A DNA stretch of 64,000 nt from assembly GCA_963783575.1 (NCBI GenBank), contig CAWAOD010000010.1, positions 168,807 through 232,806 on the forward strand, given 5' to 3'. Positions 54,246 through 64,000 of the stretch are shown here, piece by piece; the stretch's first letter is position 1; each line of letters opens with the position of its first letter. This stretch comes from an uncultured Spirochaetota bacterium (GTDB taxonomy: Bacteria; Spirochaetota; Brevinematia; Brevinematales; JAOACQ01). The notes beneath the pieces were generated by a model, which saw only the letters and a list, made by a program, of their open reading frames with translations, searched no databases and had not been told where the DNA came from. The position numbers were made by a program, and so were the translations under genes.

Positions 54246-55427
54246 TCAATAAAACATTTCAACAATTTTATCCGCATATTTATAAAGCAAATCTCTATCA
54301 TTAATAAAATGGAATATGGTATATCTGGGTCTTATCTCCATAGCATGGATTATGCTTTGATAAAAAACTTCCATACTTATTCCAAGTTCAGCCGGATGAT
54401 TAACACAGCCGGCAGATTTTAAAATATCTTGCAATGTTTCTGAACTTGGCATCTCAAGGTTTAGGTTAAGATCTTTAGCCGCCATTTCATATAATATAGC
54501 CGAAATAACAGTCCCGACACCCACCATATTGCCATGAAGAGGATGATCTTCCTTATTTTTCAATGCTTCCATTTCCCAGAAATGAGCAAGATGATGTTCG
54601 GCGCCTGAAGCCGGCCTTGAGTTACCAACCAGCCCCATTGATATGCCCGATAATATCAATCCGTTAAAAATACTCAGGATAGCTTTTTCGTCACGGGAAG
54701 GTATTTTCCCTGATACTTCAACGCAATTAGATAAAGCCTTTTCCACCAGAGATGCAGATGCAGAACAGAAATATTCCCCATTAATGTTTCTTGATAATTT
54801 CCAATCAGCAAGAGCAGTATATTTGCCCAGCATATCTCCGAATCCGGCTCGAATCATATTTTGCGGAGAATTCTTTATTATTTCAGTGTCCGCGATTATT
54901 GCAGCCGGGAAACATGCATCAAATGTTTTTTTAAAACCATCAATAATAAGCGGTGAAACAACAGATGCATAACCATCCATAGAAGGCGCCGTGGCAATTA
55001 TTATATAGGAAATATTTAATTTATAGCTCAAGTACCTGGCAAGATCATTCAATGTACCGGATCCTACCGATATTATCAAATCAATATCCTTATCTATCTC
55101 AATAAAAAGCCTTCCGACAGCTTTTTCATCGGGAACCAGGGCTTCTTTCCTGGTAAAAGTAAATACATTTAAATTATAACCCGATTGTTTTATTTTTTCA
55201 CTAATCTTATGTCCTAATATCTTATCCGTATTAATATCATCCATTAAAAATAATTTAACTGGATTATATTGATTTAAGAGGTTTAATAAACTATTTTCAG
55301 CATTACTTTCAACTACAATGTTTTTTATATTTACAGAATGTGTCCTACCGCATTCGCATTCAAACAGGAGTCCTGGAAATTCCTTAATATCCAAGTTTAA
55401 GATATCTATCATATGAAATTTCTCCAA
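54246..55427 (-). CDS. sn-glycerol-1-phosphate dehydrogenase, AraM/EgsA family
   Basis: CECGRTH, GSGTLND, TAPSMDGY, GFGDMLGK, SRPASGAEH, LHG..VG. Confidence 0.88.
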   Translation of the reverse strand: MEKFHMIDILNLDIKEFPGLLFECECGRTHSVNIKNIVVESNAENSLLNLLNQYNPVKLFLMDDINTDKILGHKISEKIKQSGYNLNVFTFTRKEALVPDEKAVGRLFIEIDKDIDLIISVGSGTLNDLARYLSYKLNISYIIIATAPSMDGYASVVSPLIIDGFKKTFDACFPAAIIADTEIIKNSPQNMIRAGFGDMLGKYTALADWKLSRNINGEYFCSASASLVEKALSNCVEVSGKIPSRDEKAILSIFNGLILSGISMGLVGNSRPASGAEHHLAHFWEMEALKNKEDHPLHGNMVGVGTVISAILYEMAAKDLNLNLEMPSSETLQDILKSAGCVNHPAELGISMEVFYQSIIHAMEIRPRYTIFHFINDRDLLYKYADKIVEMFY

Positions 55428-55590
55428 AAAACAAAAGATATTTGGGCATTTAGATTATCATGTAGCTGCCCTTAAGCTTTTGTAGTGAAAATTACTTAAA
55501 AGTATAACATTTCCATAAATTAAATTGAAATATTCTAATATATTTCCTTTTGATACCGAAAATTGGATATATTCTATTAAGGAGCGGTTA

Positions 55591-56043
55591 ATGTCAATTC
55601 AAAGGACATTCGCTATGATAAAACCCGACGCTTATAAAGCCGGTAATTTAGGTAAAATAATTTCAATCATTGAAGATAAAGGTTATAAAATAATTCATGC
55701 AAGATTGTTTAAATTTACCGAAAAATCTGCGGCTCAGTTTTATGAAATCCACCTTGGACAGCCATACTATAATCGTTTGATTCAATTTACTATTTCGGAT
55801 AAAGTCATGGGGATTGTTCTTGAGAAAGAAAATGCAATAGATGATTTTAGAAAATTAATCGGTAAAACACAACCCTCTGAAGCAGAAAACAATAGCATAA
55901 GAAAGCTTTTTGGAAAAGGACTGCCGAATAATGCAATTCATGGTTCTGATTCTATTGAATCTGCAAAGTTAGAGATAACCTATATATTTGGAGAATTCGC
56001 GTCCAGAACATCGGAAGAAAAAACAACCGCAAAAGAGTACTGA
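55591..56043 (+). CDS. ndk: Nucleoside-diphosphate kinase
   Basis: RTFAMIKPDA, NAIHGSDS; AAGGAG before ATG 55591. Confidence 0.95.
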   Translation: MSIQRTFAMIKPDAYKAGNLGKIISIIEDKGYKIIHARLFKFTEKSAAQFYEIHLGQPYYNRLIQFTISDKVMGIVLEKENAIDDFRKLIGKTQPSEAENNSIRKLFGKGLPNNAIHGSDSIESAKLEITYIFGEFASRTSEEKTTAKEY

Positions 56044-56150
56044 ACATTTTAGAAATTCTATTTCATTTCATATTAAAAAAGCGATCAAAAATCTTCTCCC
56101 GTTTAATTTCATTAACAAACCCCCATAATTGATCCACAGGATTAAATTTG

Positions 56151-57263
56151 TTAAATATTAATTACCCGTTTATATGCATTTATTATTTCATCCTGACTTA
56201 TTGATACGGAATACTTACCTTTTTCCAGATGTACTTTACCGATTTTTGTACACATAACCGCCTTAATGTTATTTTGACTGTTCTTTTTATCCATTTTAGC
56301 CGCTTCGATTAAAGCCCCAGGAGCAATTTTCTCAAGCCTTCCGGTATATTCCAGTAAGCCGTAATCTTTTAATAAATTAACAATCAAATAATAATCCGTC
56401 TCAGCCAGCAATTTCTTATGCATCGAAATACAGGCTTCAATAAGCATACCCAATGCGACGGCATAGCCATGAGGAACTTCATAATCCGAGGCCTTTTCAA
56501 TTGCATGACCTGCCGTATGTCCAAAATTTAAAATCTGCCTTAGACCCGATTCTTTTTGATCTTTATGAACCACTTTACTTTTTAATCTGCAACTGATATA
56601 TAGCATCTCAATTATTGTTTCAGGATCTTGGTTCCTTATAAGTTTTTTATTATTCTTCAAAAAATCAAAATATGACCTATCCAGGATTACAGCATGTTTG
56701 ATAACTTCAGCCATACCATTACTGAATTCCGATGTAGGAAGGGTTTTAATAAAATCTACATCAATAATAACAGCTTTAGGCTGATAAAAGCTTCCCATCA
56801 GGTTTTTACCTTCTTCCGTATCAATACCGGTCTTACCGCCTACCGAACTGTCCACCATCGATAATAAGCTTGTCGGAACCTGTATAAAATTAATACCCCT
56901 CATATACACCGAAGCTAAAAATCCAGCCATATCGCCGGTAACACCGCCTCCAATAGCAATTATCAATGATTTCCTGTCAAATCTATTCATTGTTAAATTT
57001 GAAAATAAATCCTGGAAAACGTTAAGATTCTTACTGGCTTCGCCTGCATTAAAAGTAATTATACTATAAGGATAGCCATCTAACATTCCGGATATTTTTT
57101 TACTGTAAAAACCAACAACATTCGTATCTGAAATTACGGCAATCTGAGAGGGAGATAAGGCATTTATTACTTTGAGAATTTTATCTTTGAGAACATCATT
57201 CCCAATATAAATCGGATAGGAAAAATCAGCCTTATATTTCAAATCAACGGAAACTTTCCTCAT
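56151..57263 (-). CDS. aroB: 3-dehydroquinate synthase
   Basis: GGGVTGD, PTSLLSMVDSSVGGKT, LNFGHT.GHAIE, HG.AVALG. Confidence 0.96.
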   Translation of the reverse strand: MRKVSVDLKYKADFSYPIYIGNDVLKDKILKVINALSPSQIAVISDTNVVGFYSKKISGMLDGYPYSIITFNAGEASKNLNVFQDLFSNLTMNRFDRKSLIIAIGGGVTGDMAGFLASVYMRGINFIQVPTSLLSMVDSSVGGKTGIDTEEGKNLMGSFYQPKAVIIDVDFIKTLPTSEFSNGMAEVIKHAVILDRSYFDFLKNNKKLIRNQDPETIIEMLYISCRLKSKVVHKDQKESGLRQILNFGHTAGHAIEKASDYEVPHGYAVALGMLIEACISMHKKLLAETDYYLIVNLLKDYGLLEYTGRLEKIAPGALIEAAKMDKKNSQNNIKAVMCTKIGKVHLEKGKYSVSISQDEIINAYKRVINI

Positions 57264-57392
57264 TGAAACCTCAATTGTTAATACATTTTCTTATAGGAAC
57301 TTAAATAGGGCTATTCAAGACTTAACAATAAATTTTTTAAAATCTGAAAGAATTTTTTTTATTTAGAAGCTATTTTTTTAATTAACCGGAGA

Positions 57393-58376
57393 CTATTTTA
57401 ATTTTTTATCTTGCAGGATTTTATGCCATTCCCAAGATGTTCTTACCATATCTTCAAGTGAAAAATCGATCTTCCAGCCGAGAACTTTCTTTGCCTTATC
57501 GCTTTTCGCGATAAGATACGGAGGATCGCCTGCTCTTCTTTCGGTCTCAATAACTTTGAAATCTTTTTTTGTAACTTTCCTGACCGTATCAATTACTTCT
57601 CTAACGGAAAACCCATCTCCAACACCAAGGTTAAAATAATTCGATCCCCCGCCATCTAAAAGGTACTGCAAGCCTTTTATATGGGCATCCGCCAGGTCAT
57701 ATACATGAACATAATCCCGGATCGCAGTCCCATCCTTTGTTTCATAATCCGTTCCGAATATTTTAATACTGTCTCTTTTACCGATCGCCGCATCCAAAAC
57801 CAGCGGTATCAGATGTGATTCCGGCACATGGGCTTCTCCGATTTCTTTATCGGGATCGCAGCCGGCGGCGTTAAAATAACGGAACCGGATTGATTTTAAA
57901 CCGTATGCAGCCATGTAATCCTCAATAATCTGTTCTATCATCAATTTTGTCCTTCCGTAAGGATTTATCGGAATCTTTATGTCGTCTTCCTCTATAGGAA
58001 TCTTCTCAGGCATACCGTAGGTCGCAGCTGTGGAAGAAAATATCAGTTTATTCACTTTATGCCGCCGCATTGCTTCAAGAAGATTAATTGTATTTTTTAA
58101 ATTATTTACATAATACTTTTCAGGATCGATAACAGATTCACCAACCTCAATAAATGCGCAAAAATGCATAACTGCGTCAATTTTATGATGTGAAAATAAA
58201 AGATCAAGCTGTTTTGAGTCGGAAGTATCGCCAAGTACAAACTCTCCCCATTTTACGAAATCCCTGTAGCCATGGGAAAGATTGTCATAAACTATTACAT
58301 CATAGCCTCTTTTAAAAAGGTTCTTACAAACATGACTTCCGATATAACCGGCACCGCCGGCAACTAAAACAGCCAT
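57393..58376 (-). CDS. galE: UDP-glucose 4-epimerase
   Basis: GGAGYIGSH, FSSTAATYG, YGRTK, RYFNAAG, DGTAIRDYVHV. Confidence 0.96.
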   Translation of the reverse strand: MAVLVAGGAGYIGSHVCKNLFKRGYDVIVYDNLSHGYRDFVKWGEFVLGDTSDSKQLDLLFSHHKIDAVMHFCAFIEVGESVIDPEKYYVNNLKNTINLLEAMRRHKVNKLIFSSTAATYGMPEKIPIEEDDIKIPINPYGRTKLMIEQIIEDYMAAYGLKSIRFRYFNAAGCDPDKEIGEAHVPESHLIPLVLDAAIGKRDSIKIFGTDYETKDGTAIRDYVHVYDLADAHIKGLQYLLDGGGSNYFNLGVGDGFSVREVIDTVRKVTKKDFKVIETERRAGDPPYLIAKSDKAKKVLGWKIDFSLEDMVRTSWEWHKILQDKKLK

Positions 58377-58492
58377 AATTTTCTCCTTTTGATTCTGAAT
58401 TAACAAAATCTTTTATTCAAATCTGGCACTAAATCCGATTTTATTATATCATTAATAGCTGATTATATCAATTTTAAGAAATAGGCGGTAAC

Positions 58493-58521
58493 TTGACATT
58501 TGTTTTGGAATTGATTAAATT
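58493..58521 (+). promoter_or_regulatory. sigma70-type promoter of grpE-dnaK-dnaJ
   Basis: TTGACA-N17-TAAATT. Confidence 0.55.
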
Positions 58522-58554
58522 TATGTGAAAATTGGTGCAATTGGAGATGATTAA

Positions 58555-59190
58555 ATGTATGATGAACTTGAAGCAAAAGAGGAGAATTTAAAATCACAGC
58601 CCCCGGAAAATGAAAATCAGGAAACAAAAGAAAATCAGCCTCAGGAATCTCCCGATTATGCTGGAGAACACTCAAAAAAGGAATGTAAGGAATGTAAAAA
58701 ACTAAAGGAAGAACTTCACAAGCAGAAAACTGAAAATGAGAAATTGAACGCGGAAAAATGCGAATTAATGGACTCCTATAAAAGAAAAGTTGCTGAGTTT
58801 GATAATTATAGAAAAAGAACGCTTAAGCAGATTGAGGATACTGAAATCGATTCGACAAAAAAATTAATTGTCGATATTCTGCCCATTTTTGATAATTTTG
58901 GAAGGGCAATGATTGACGCCGATAAGAATCACGATTTCAGCACATTGTATAACGGATTAAAAATAACTTATTCGCAGATCGGCGCTTTCTTTGAAAAAAT
59001 CGGCGTAAAACCTATCGATGCTGTGGGTAAGGAGTTCGATCATAATTATCACGAGGCATTGATGATGGAAGAAAGAGAAGATATAGAACATGAGAAAACG
59101 GTTATCGAAGAGCTTGAAAAAGGTTATCAACTGGGTGATAGCGTATTGAGAACCAGCAAAGTAAAAGTCGCTAAAAAGAAAATAAATTAA
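58555..59190 (+). CDS. grpE: Nucleotide exchange factor GrpE
   Basis: AEFDNYRKR, FDHNYHEA, KGYQL..VLR..KV. Confidence 0.96.
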   Translation: MYDELEAKEENLKSQPPENENQETKENQPQESPDYAGEHSKKECKECKKLKEELHKQKTENEKLNAEKCELMDSYKRKVAEFDNYRKRTLKQIEDTEIDSTKKLIVDILPIFDNFGRAMIDADKNHDFSTLYNGLKITYSQIGAFFEKIGVKPIDAVGKEFDHNYHEALMMEEREDIEHEKTVIEELEKGYQLGDSVLRTSKVKVAKKKIN

Positions 59191-59208
59191 AAGAGGAAGG
59201 AGACAATT

Positions 59209-61140
59209 ATGCCAGGGAAAATAATAGGAATTGATCTTGGAACAACAAATTCAGTAGTTTCAATTGTAGAAAACGGACAGCCGGTAGTAATACCAAATCA
59301 GGAAGGAGCCAGAACAACGCCCTCAATAGTAGCCTATACGGAAAAAGGCGAAGTTGTAGTCGGCCAACCTGCGAAAAATCAAATGATAACAAATCATGAC
59401 AATACAATCTATTCGGCCAAAAGGTTCATCGGTCGAAGGCTTGAAGAAACTGAAAAAGAAACCAAGATGGTTCCTTTTAAAGTGAAGTCCGGACCTCACA
59501 GTGATGTAAGATTTGCTACAAGGGCCGGTGATTTCAGCCCTCAGGAGATTTCCGCAAGGGTTTTGATGAAACTGAAACAGGCAGCGGAGGATTATCTTGG
59601 TGAAAAAGTTGACAGGGCTGTCATTACAGTACCGGCGTATTTCAATGATTCCCAGAGACAGGCAACAAAGGATGCGGGGACAATTGCAGGCTTGAAAGTC
59701 GAAAGGATCATAAACGAACCGACCGCGGCCGCTCTGGCTTACGGTCTGGATAAGAAAAAAGAAGGTACCATCGCAGTTTACGATTTCGGCGGCGGAACAT
59801 TTGATATTTCGATTCTGGAAATCGGGGACGGGGTTTTTGAAGTTAAGGCCACTAATGGCGATACGCATCTTGGCGGGGATGATATCGATCATGCATTAAT
59901 GGAATATATTATGCAGGAATTCAAGAAAGATACCGGTGTCGATCTTTCAAAAGATCCGATGGCGGTACAGAGACTCAAAGATTCTGCCGAGAAAGCGAAA
60001 ATTGAGCTGTCTTCCAAAATGGAAACACAGGTAAACCTTCCTTACATTACAGCAGACGCAAGCGGGCCGAAACACCTTCAGATGAATATTACAAGGACCC
60101 AGCTTGAAAATATTTCGCGTTCTTTTGTTGATAGATCCATTCAGCCCTGTCTGAATGTTATGCGTGATGCTAATATAGCAAAAGAAAAAATTGACGAGGT
60201 CATACTAGTCGGGGGACAGACAAGAATGCCGATGATTGTTCAGACAGTCAAGAATATTTTCGGTAAAGAGCCTTCGAAGGGCGTTAATCCGGATGAAGTT
60301 GTCGCTGTGGGTGCTGCCATCCAGGGTGCAGTTTTGACGGGAGAAGTTAAGGATCTTCTTCTTCTTGATGTAACACCGTTATCACTTGGTATCGAAACTC
60401 TTGGGAATGTTTGTACTGTTTTAATTCCTAGGAATACTACAATTCCTACTAAAAAATCCCAGACTTTTTCTACTGCCGAGGATAACCAGCCCGGTGTTCA
60501 GATTCATGTTCTTCAGGGGGAAAGACCTCTAGCTAAAGACAACAGAACACTAGGAATGTTTATGCTTGACGGAATACCACCGGCACCCCGGGGAATTCCT
60601 CAGATTGAAGTAACATTCGATATCGATGCAAACGGTATTCTTCATGTATCAGCTAAAGATCTTGGTACAGGCAAAGAACAAAAAATAAGAATTGAGGCAT
60701 CAAGCGGTTTAAATGAACAGGAAATCAAAAAGATGCAGGAAGACGCTGAAAGAAACGCTGAAGTTGATAAAAAAGCTAAAGAATTGATAGAATTGAAAAA
60801 TCAAGGAGATAATATTGCTTATTCCCTTGAAAAAACCATGAAGGAATATGGAGATAAAATTGATCCGAAAGATAAAGTTGAAGCCGAAAGCAGTATCAAG
60901 GAGATGAGGGAAGCAATCAAGGAAGATAATGAATCCAAAATGAAAACGGCAATGGAAACCTTAAATAAGATATCACATAAAATTTCGGAAGCATTATATA
61001 AAAATACAGCATATTCACAACAGCAAAATGCAGGTCCTTCAGGCGGCCCTGGCGGTGAAACGTCTTCAGGAGACGGCAGCACGCCAGGTGGGGAAAAAGT
61101 CGTAGACGCGGAAGTTGTGGATGACAATAAGAAAGAATAA
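59209..61140 (+). CDS. dnaK: Chaperone DnaK
   Basis: [37 protein letters not shown]. Confidence 0.99.
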   Translation: MPGKIIGIDLGTTNSVVSIVENGQPVVIPNQEGARTTPSIVAYTEKGEVVVGQPAKNQMITNHDNTIYSAKRFIGRRLEETEKETKMVPFKVKSGPHSDVRFATRAGDFSPQEISARVLMKLKQAAEDYLGEKVDRAVITVPAYFNDSQRQATKDAGTIAGLKVERIINEPTAAALAYGLDKKKEGTIAVYDFGGGTFDISILEIGDGVFEVKATNGDTHLGGDDIDHALMEYIMQEFKKDTGVDLSKDPMAVQRLKDSAEKAKIELSSKMETQVNLPYITADASGPKHLQMNITRTQLENISRSFVDRSIQPCLNVMRDANIAKEKIDEVILVGGQTRMPMIVQTVKNIFGKEPSKGVNPDEVVAVGAAIQGAVLTGEVKDLLLLDVTPLSLGIETLGNVCTVLIPRNTTIPTKKSQTFSTAEDNQPGVQIHVLQGERPLAKDNRTLGMFMLDGIPPAPRGIPQIEVTFDIDANGILHVSAKDLGTGKEQKIRIEASSGLNEQEIKKMQEDAERNAEVDKKAKELIELKNQGDNIAYSLEKTMKEYGDKIDPKDKVEAESSIKEMREAIKEDNESKMKTAMETLNKISHKISEALYKNTAYSQQQNAGPSGGPGGETSSGDGSTPGGEKVVDAEVVDDNKKE

Positions 61141-61148
61141 AATGGGGA

Positions 61149-61177
61149 GTGTAGATGAGTAATACTCACATCTATAC
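61149..61177 (+). other. Intergenic stem-loop between dnaK and dnaJ
   Basis: GTGTAGATG...CATCTATAC. Confidence 0.55.
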
Positions 61178-61195
61178 AATTTTTACGAGGTAATT

Positions 61196-62296
61196 ATGGC
61201 TACAGAAAAGGATTATTACGATTTGTTGGGTATACCAAAAAACTCTTCGGATGAAGAAATAAAGAAAGCATTTAGAAAAATGGCTATGAAATATCACCCC
61301 GATCGTAATTCGGGTGATAAGGTTTCAGAAGAAAAATTCAAAGAAATAAATGAAGCATACGAAATTCTTTCCGATCCGGAAAAAAGGAAAATGTACGATC
61401 AATTCGGACATTCCGCTTTCAATCAACCGGGTTTCGGCGGACAGAACCCCGGCGGCGCTGGTTTTGATTTCGGTGATATGTTCGGCGGCAGCGGTTTTGA
61501 GGATATTTTCAATACATTTTTCGGTGGGAATACAACCCGGAGAAGCAGTACCGGAAATAGAACCGCAGCAGCCAGAGGTTCAGACATACGTGCAGATATT
61601 ACCTTGAATTTAAACGATATTTTATCGGATAAAAATTTAAAAATTAAAGTCCGCCGGAATGAAGTTTGCGATGTCTGTCATGGTACAGGCAGCAGGGGAG
61701 GTCAAAAAGCCGCAGTATGCCCAACCTGCGGAGGAAGGGGAACCGTCAGAACAACCCAGGGTTTTTTTAGCATTTCGACAACTTGTCCTGCCTGCCATGG
61801 AGCTGGTACCGTTATTAGCGACCCATGCTATACCTGCCGGGGGGAAGGCATTATCGATAAGGATTCTTATATTACTGTAAAAATTCCCGCGGGTGTTGAT
61901 GATGAAATGCGGCTTCGTGTTTCGGAAGAAGGTGATGCGGGAAAACACGGCGGTCCCAGAGGGGATTTATACGTTCTCATACATATTAAAAATGATACTA
62001 ACTTTGAACGTAAAAGCAACGATTTATATGGAAAATTAAAAATAAGTTTTCCAAGAGCTGTATTCGGGGGGCAGATTGACGTTGATACCCTGGAAGGAAT
62101 AAAAAAAGTTAATATCCCATCGGGAGTTCAGTCAGCTCATCAAATCCGCCTTAAAAACGAGGGCATTCCGGATATTCGTACAAAAATTCGCGGCGATATT
62201 TATTATGAAATTGTAATCGATGTTCCAAAGATTCTAAAGCCCAAAGAAAAAGAAGCTCTTAAAGAATATGCGAAGGTCGCCGGCGAGATTATTTAA
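61196..62296 (+). CDS. dnaJ: Chaperone DnaJ
   Basis: HPD, G/F-rich region, four CxxCxGxG repeats. Confidence 0.98.
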   Translation: MATEKDYYDLLGIPKNSSDEEIKKAFRKMAMKYHPDRNSGDKVSEEKFKEINEAYEILSDPEKRKMYDQFGHSAFNQPGFGGQNPGGAGFDFGDMFGGSGFEDIFNTFFGGNTTRRSSTGNRTAAARGSDIRADITLNLNDILSDKNLKIKVRRNEVCDVCHGTGSRGGQKAAVCPTCGGRGTVRTTQGFFSISTTCPACHGAGTVISDPCYTCRGEGIIDKDSYITVKIPAGVDDEMRLRVSEEGDAGKHGGPRGDLYVLIHIKNDTNFERKSNDLYGKLKISFPRAVFGGQIDVDTLEGIKKVNIPSGVQSAHQIRLKNEGIPDIRTKIRGDIYYEIVIDVPKILKPKEKEALKEYAKVAGEII

Positions 62297-62313
62297 TCTG
62301 CCGTGAGTCGGCA

Positions 62314-64000
62314 GACTGTGTGAAAACACAGTAAATATGCTATAATTATTAGAACAAAAATAATCGGAGTAAGAGATGAAGCATATTGAGGGAGAATCAA
62401 GGGATCAGATAGTTCTGTTCAATGAAACACTGGAAGATCTGTTAGGAGAAGAAGATCCGGTAAGGTTTATAGATATTTTTGTTGATAAGCTAAATATGAA
62501 AGGAGTTGGTTTTAAAGTAAAAGAAGCATCAACCGGCAGAAGTTCATATAAATCCGAAATACTTTTAAAAATCTATATTTACGGATATTTGAATAAAATC
62601 AGGACAAGCAGGAAATTAGAGAGAGAGTGCCGAAGAAACACAGAGTTGATGTGGCTGACTGGACGACTAGCGCCGGATTTCAAGACGATTGCCGACTTCA
62701 GGAAAGATAATAAGAAGGGAATACAGTCGATATTCAGAGAATTTTTGAAGATATGTCATAAAGCCGGGCTTTTATCATTTGACGTTGTTGGAATTGATGG
62801 AACCAAGATCAGTGCGCAAAACCACAATAACAATGTTTATCATAGGAAAAACATAGAAGAAATCATACATAGAATAGATCAAAAGATCGAAGAATATTTG
62901 AATGAGATGGATAAGAACGATAAGGAAGAAAAGAATGAATTTGAATTTCTTTCCGGAAAGATAGCGGAACGTTTAAAGAAAATGAAAACAAAAAAGGATA
63001 AAGTTGAGGCTATTAAAAAGATTTTTGAGGGAAATCCTGAAATGGAGAAATATTATTCAAATGACCCGGAAAGCCGGTTTATGAATGATAAAGGGAAATC
63101 CGACATTGCATATAATCTGCAGATGGCAGTAGATGATGCGAATAAACTGATTGTGGTGATTGATGTGACGAATGAAAACAATGATATCAAACAGATGGCA
63201 GGAATGTGTGACCGAGTAGAAGAAATAAAGGACGAGCTTAAGGTAGAGACTGAAACGGTCAAAGTATCGGATGCCGGTTATTACAGCGAACCGCAGATAC
63301 TGGAATGTATAGATAAGGGACATAACGTATATATGCCGAATCCGGATGACGGACATAAGGCAAGGATTCGAGGCAAAGAAGATAATAAAGGAGTACCTGC
63401 TGAAGAATACCAGGTTGATAAATTCAAATATGATCCGGGACAAAATGTTTATTATTGTCCGGAGGGAAACCCATTAGTGAGAAATGGGAAAAAAGTAGAG
63501 AAGGTCAATGGAGGAAAAGAGATAGTCAGGTACAAGTGCGGCTTATACAGCCAATGTGAAGTAAGAAATAAGTGTACTGAAAGCGTGGAAGGACGAAGTA
63601 TCAAAGTACCAGTTAGAAAAGAAGAAATTGAGAACTTCAAGAGGAAAATTCGTTCTGAAGCCGGGAAAAAGATCATAGAGAAAAGGAAAGAGATATGTGA
63701 ACATCCATTTGGATCGATAAAAAGGAATATGGGTTACAGTTATTTTTTAATGAAGGGAAAGGATGGCGTTCTGACGGAATCCAGTTTGGCAGGATTCATT
63801 CATAATTTAATAAAAGTATTGAATATATTGGGAATAAAGAGACTTATGACTCTGGTTTGATGCTAATAAACCATCGTTTATCGTATTCGGATAGATTTTT
63901 TAAACTAAGATTTTTTTAGCTTGAAAAATATATCAAAAAATGGAGTTTTTGTATAATTAATCGATTTTACTATAAAATTTTACTGAGTTTTCACACAGTC
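62314..64000 (+). mobile_element. IS1182-family insertion sequence; right end lies at the window edge
   Basis: IRL GACTGTGTGAAAACACAGTAAA / IRR TTTACTGAGTTTTCACACAGTC (21/22 match). Confidence 0.88.
62376..63860 (+). CDS. IS1182-family transposase
   Basis: SRKLEREC, PDFKTIADFR, IDGTKI, DAGY, EHPFGSIK. Confidence 0.92.
   Translation: MKHIEGESRDQIVLFNETLEDLLGEEDPVRFIDIFVDKLNMKGVGFKVKEASTGRSSYKSEILLKIYIYGYLNKIRTSRKLERECRRNTELMWLTGRLAPDFKTIADFRKDNKKGIQSIFREFLKICHKAGLLSFDVVGIDGTKISAQNHNNNVYHRKNIEEIIHRIDQKIEEYLNEMDKNDKEEKNEFEFLSGKIAERLKKMKTKKDKVEAIKKIFEGNPEMEKYYSNDPESRFMNDKGKSDIAYNLQMAVDDANKLIVVIDVTNENNDIKQMAGMCDRVEEIKDELKVETETVKVSDAGYYSEPQILECIDKGHNVYMPNPDDGHKARIRGKEDNKGVPAEEYQVDKFKYDPGQNVYYCPEGNPLVRNGKKVEKVNGGKEIVRYKCGLYSQCEVRNKCTESVEGRSIKVPVRKEEIENFKRKIRSEAGKKIIEKRKEICEHPFGSIKRNMGYSYFLMKGKDGVLTESSLAGFIHNLIKVLNILGIKRLMTLV

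Noticed and set aside
58400..58555. CIRCE or sigma54 site upstream of grpE
   Set aside because: Only CTGGCACT is present; there is no GAGTGCTAA half-site and no TTGC at -12, and hrcA is not adjacent.
59323..61169. Long antisense ORFs opposite dnaK, and similar ones opposite ftsZ, carA and the transposases
   Set aside because: Typical shadow ORFs of conserved genes.

Overview
AT-rich bacterial chromosomal window, tentatively Spirochaetota-like (inferred from the FlhB-C/HD-GYP/YraN/FlgM-like block, a HEAT-repeat exported protein and a divergent LptD-like porin; not proven). Most of it is housekeeping: rarA, carA, ftsQAZ, pyrF, mlaEFD-like, tgt, ligA, bfr, gltA, mnmG, thiE, comM, ndk, aroB, galE, grpE-dnaK-dnaJ and a tRNA-Ile2(CAT). 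It holds an IS1380-family element with IRs and a 5-bp target duplication, and an IS1182-family element sitting at the dnaJ hairpin. The most unusual part is an accessory block at ~32.0-37.2 kb. It encodes a HEPN-like protein, an LRR-Roc-COR (Roco) protein with a possibly separately translated C-terminal module, and a Phd/RelE-type toxin-antitoxin pair. The TA pair is bracketed by two ~118-nt multi-hairpin direct repeats that show compensatory base changes, and a related palindromic element lies at the left edge of the block. Other points of interest: a catalytically degenerate MlaF behind a SigH-like sigma factor, two ~96-nt rod-shaped candidate ncRNAs, a pair of orphan TolC-like genes, and apparent [S/T]-N dipeptide enrichment in exported proteins. 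Single-base frameshifts in ftsQ, the Roco gene, gltA and the IS1380 transposase suggest residual assembly indel errors. All calls are by eye; no database searches were run.
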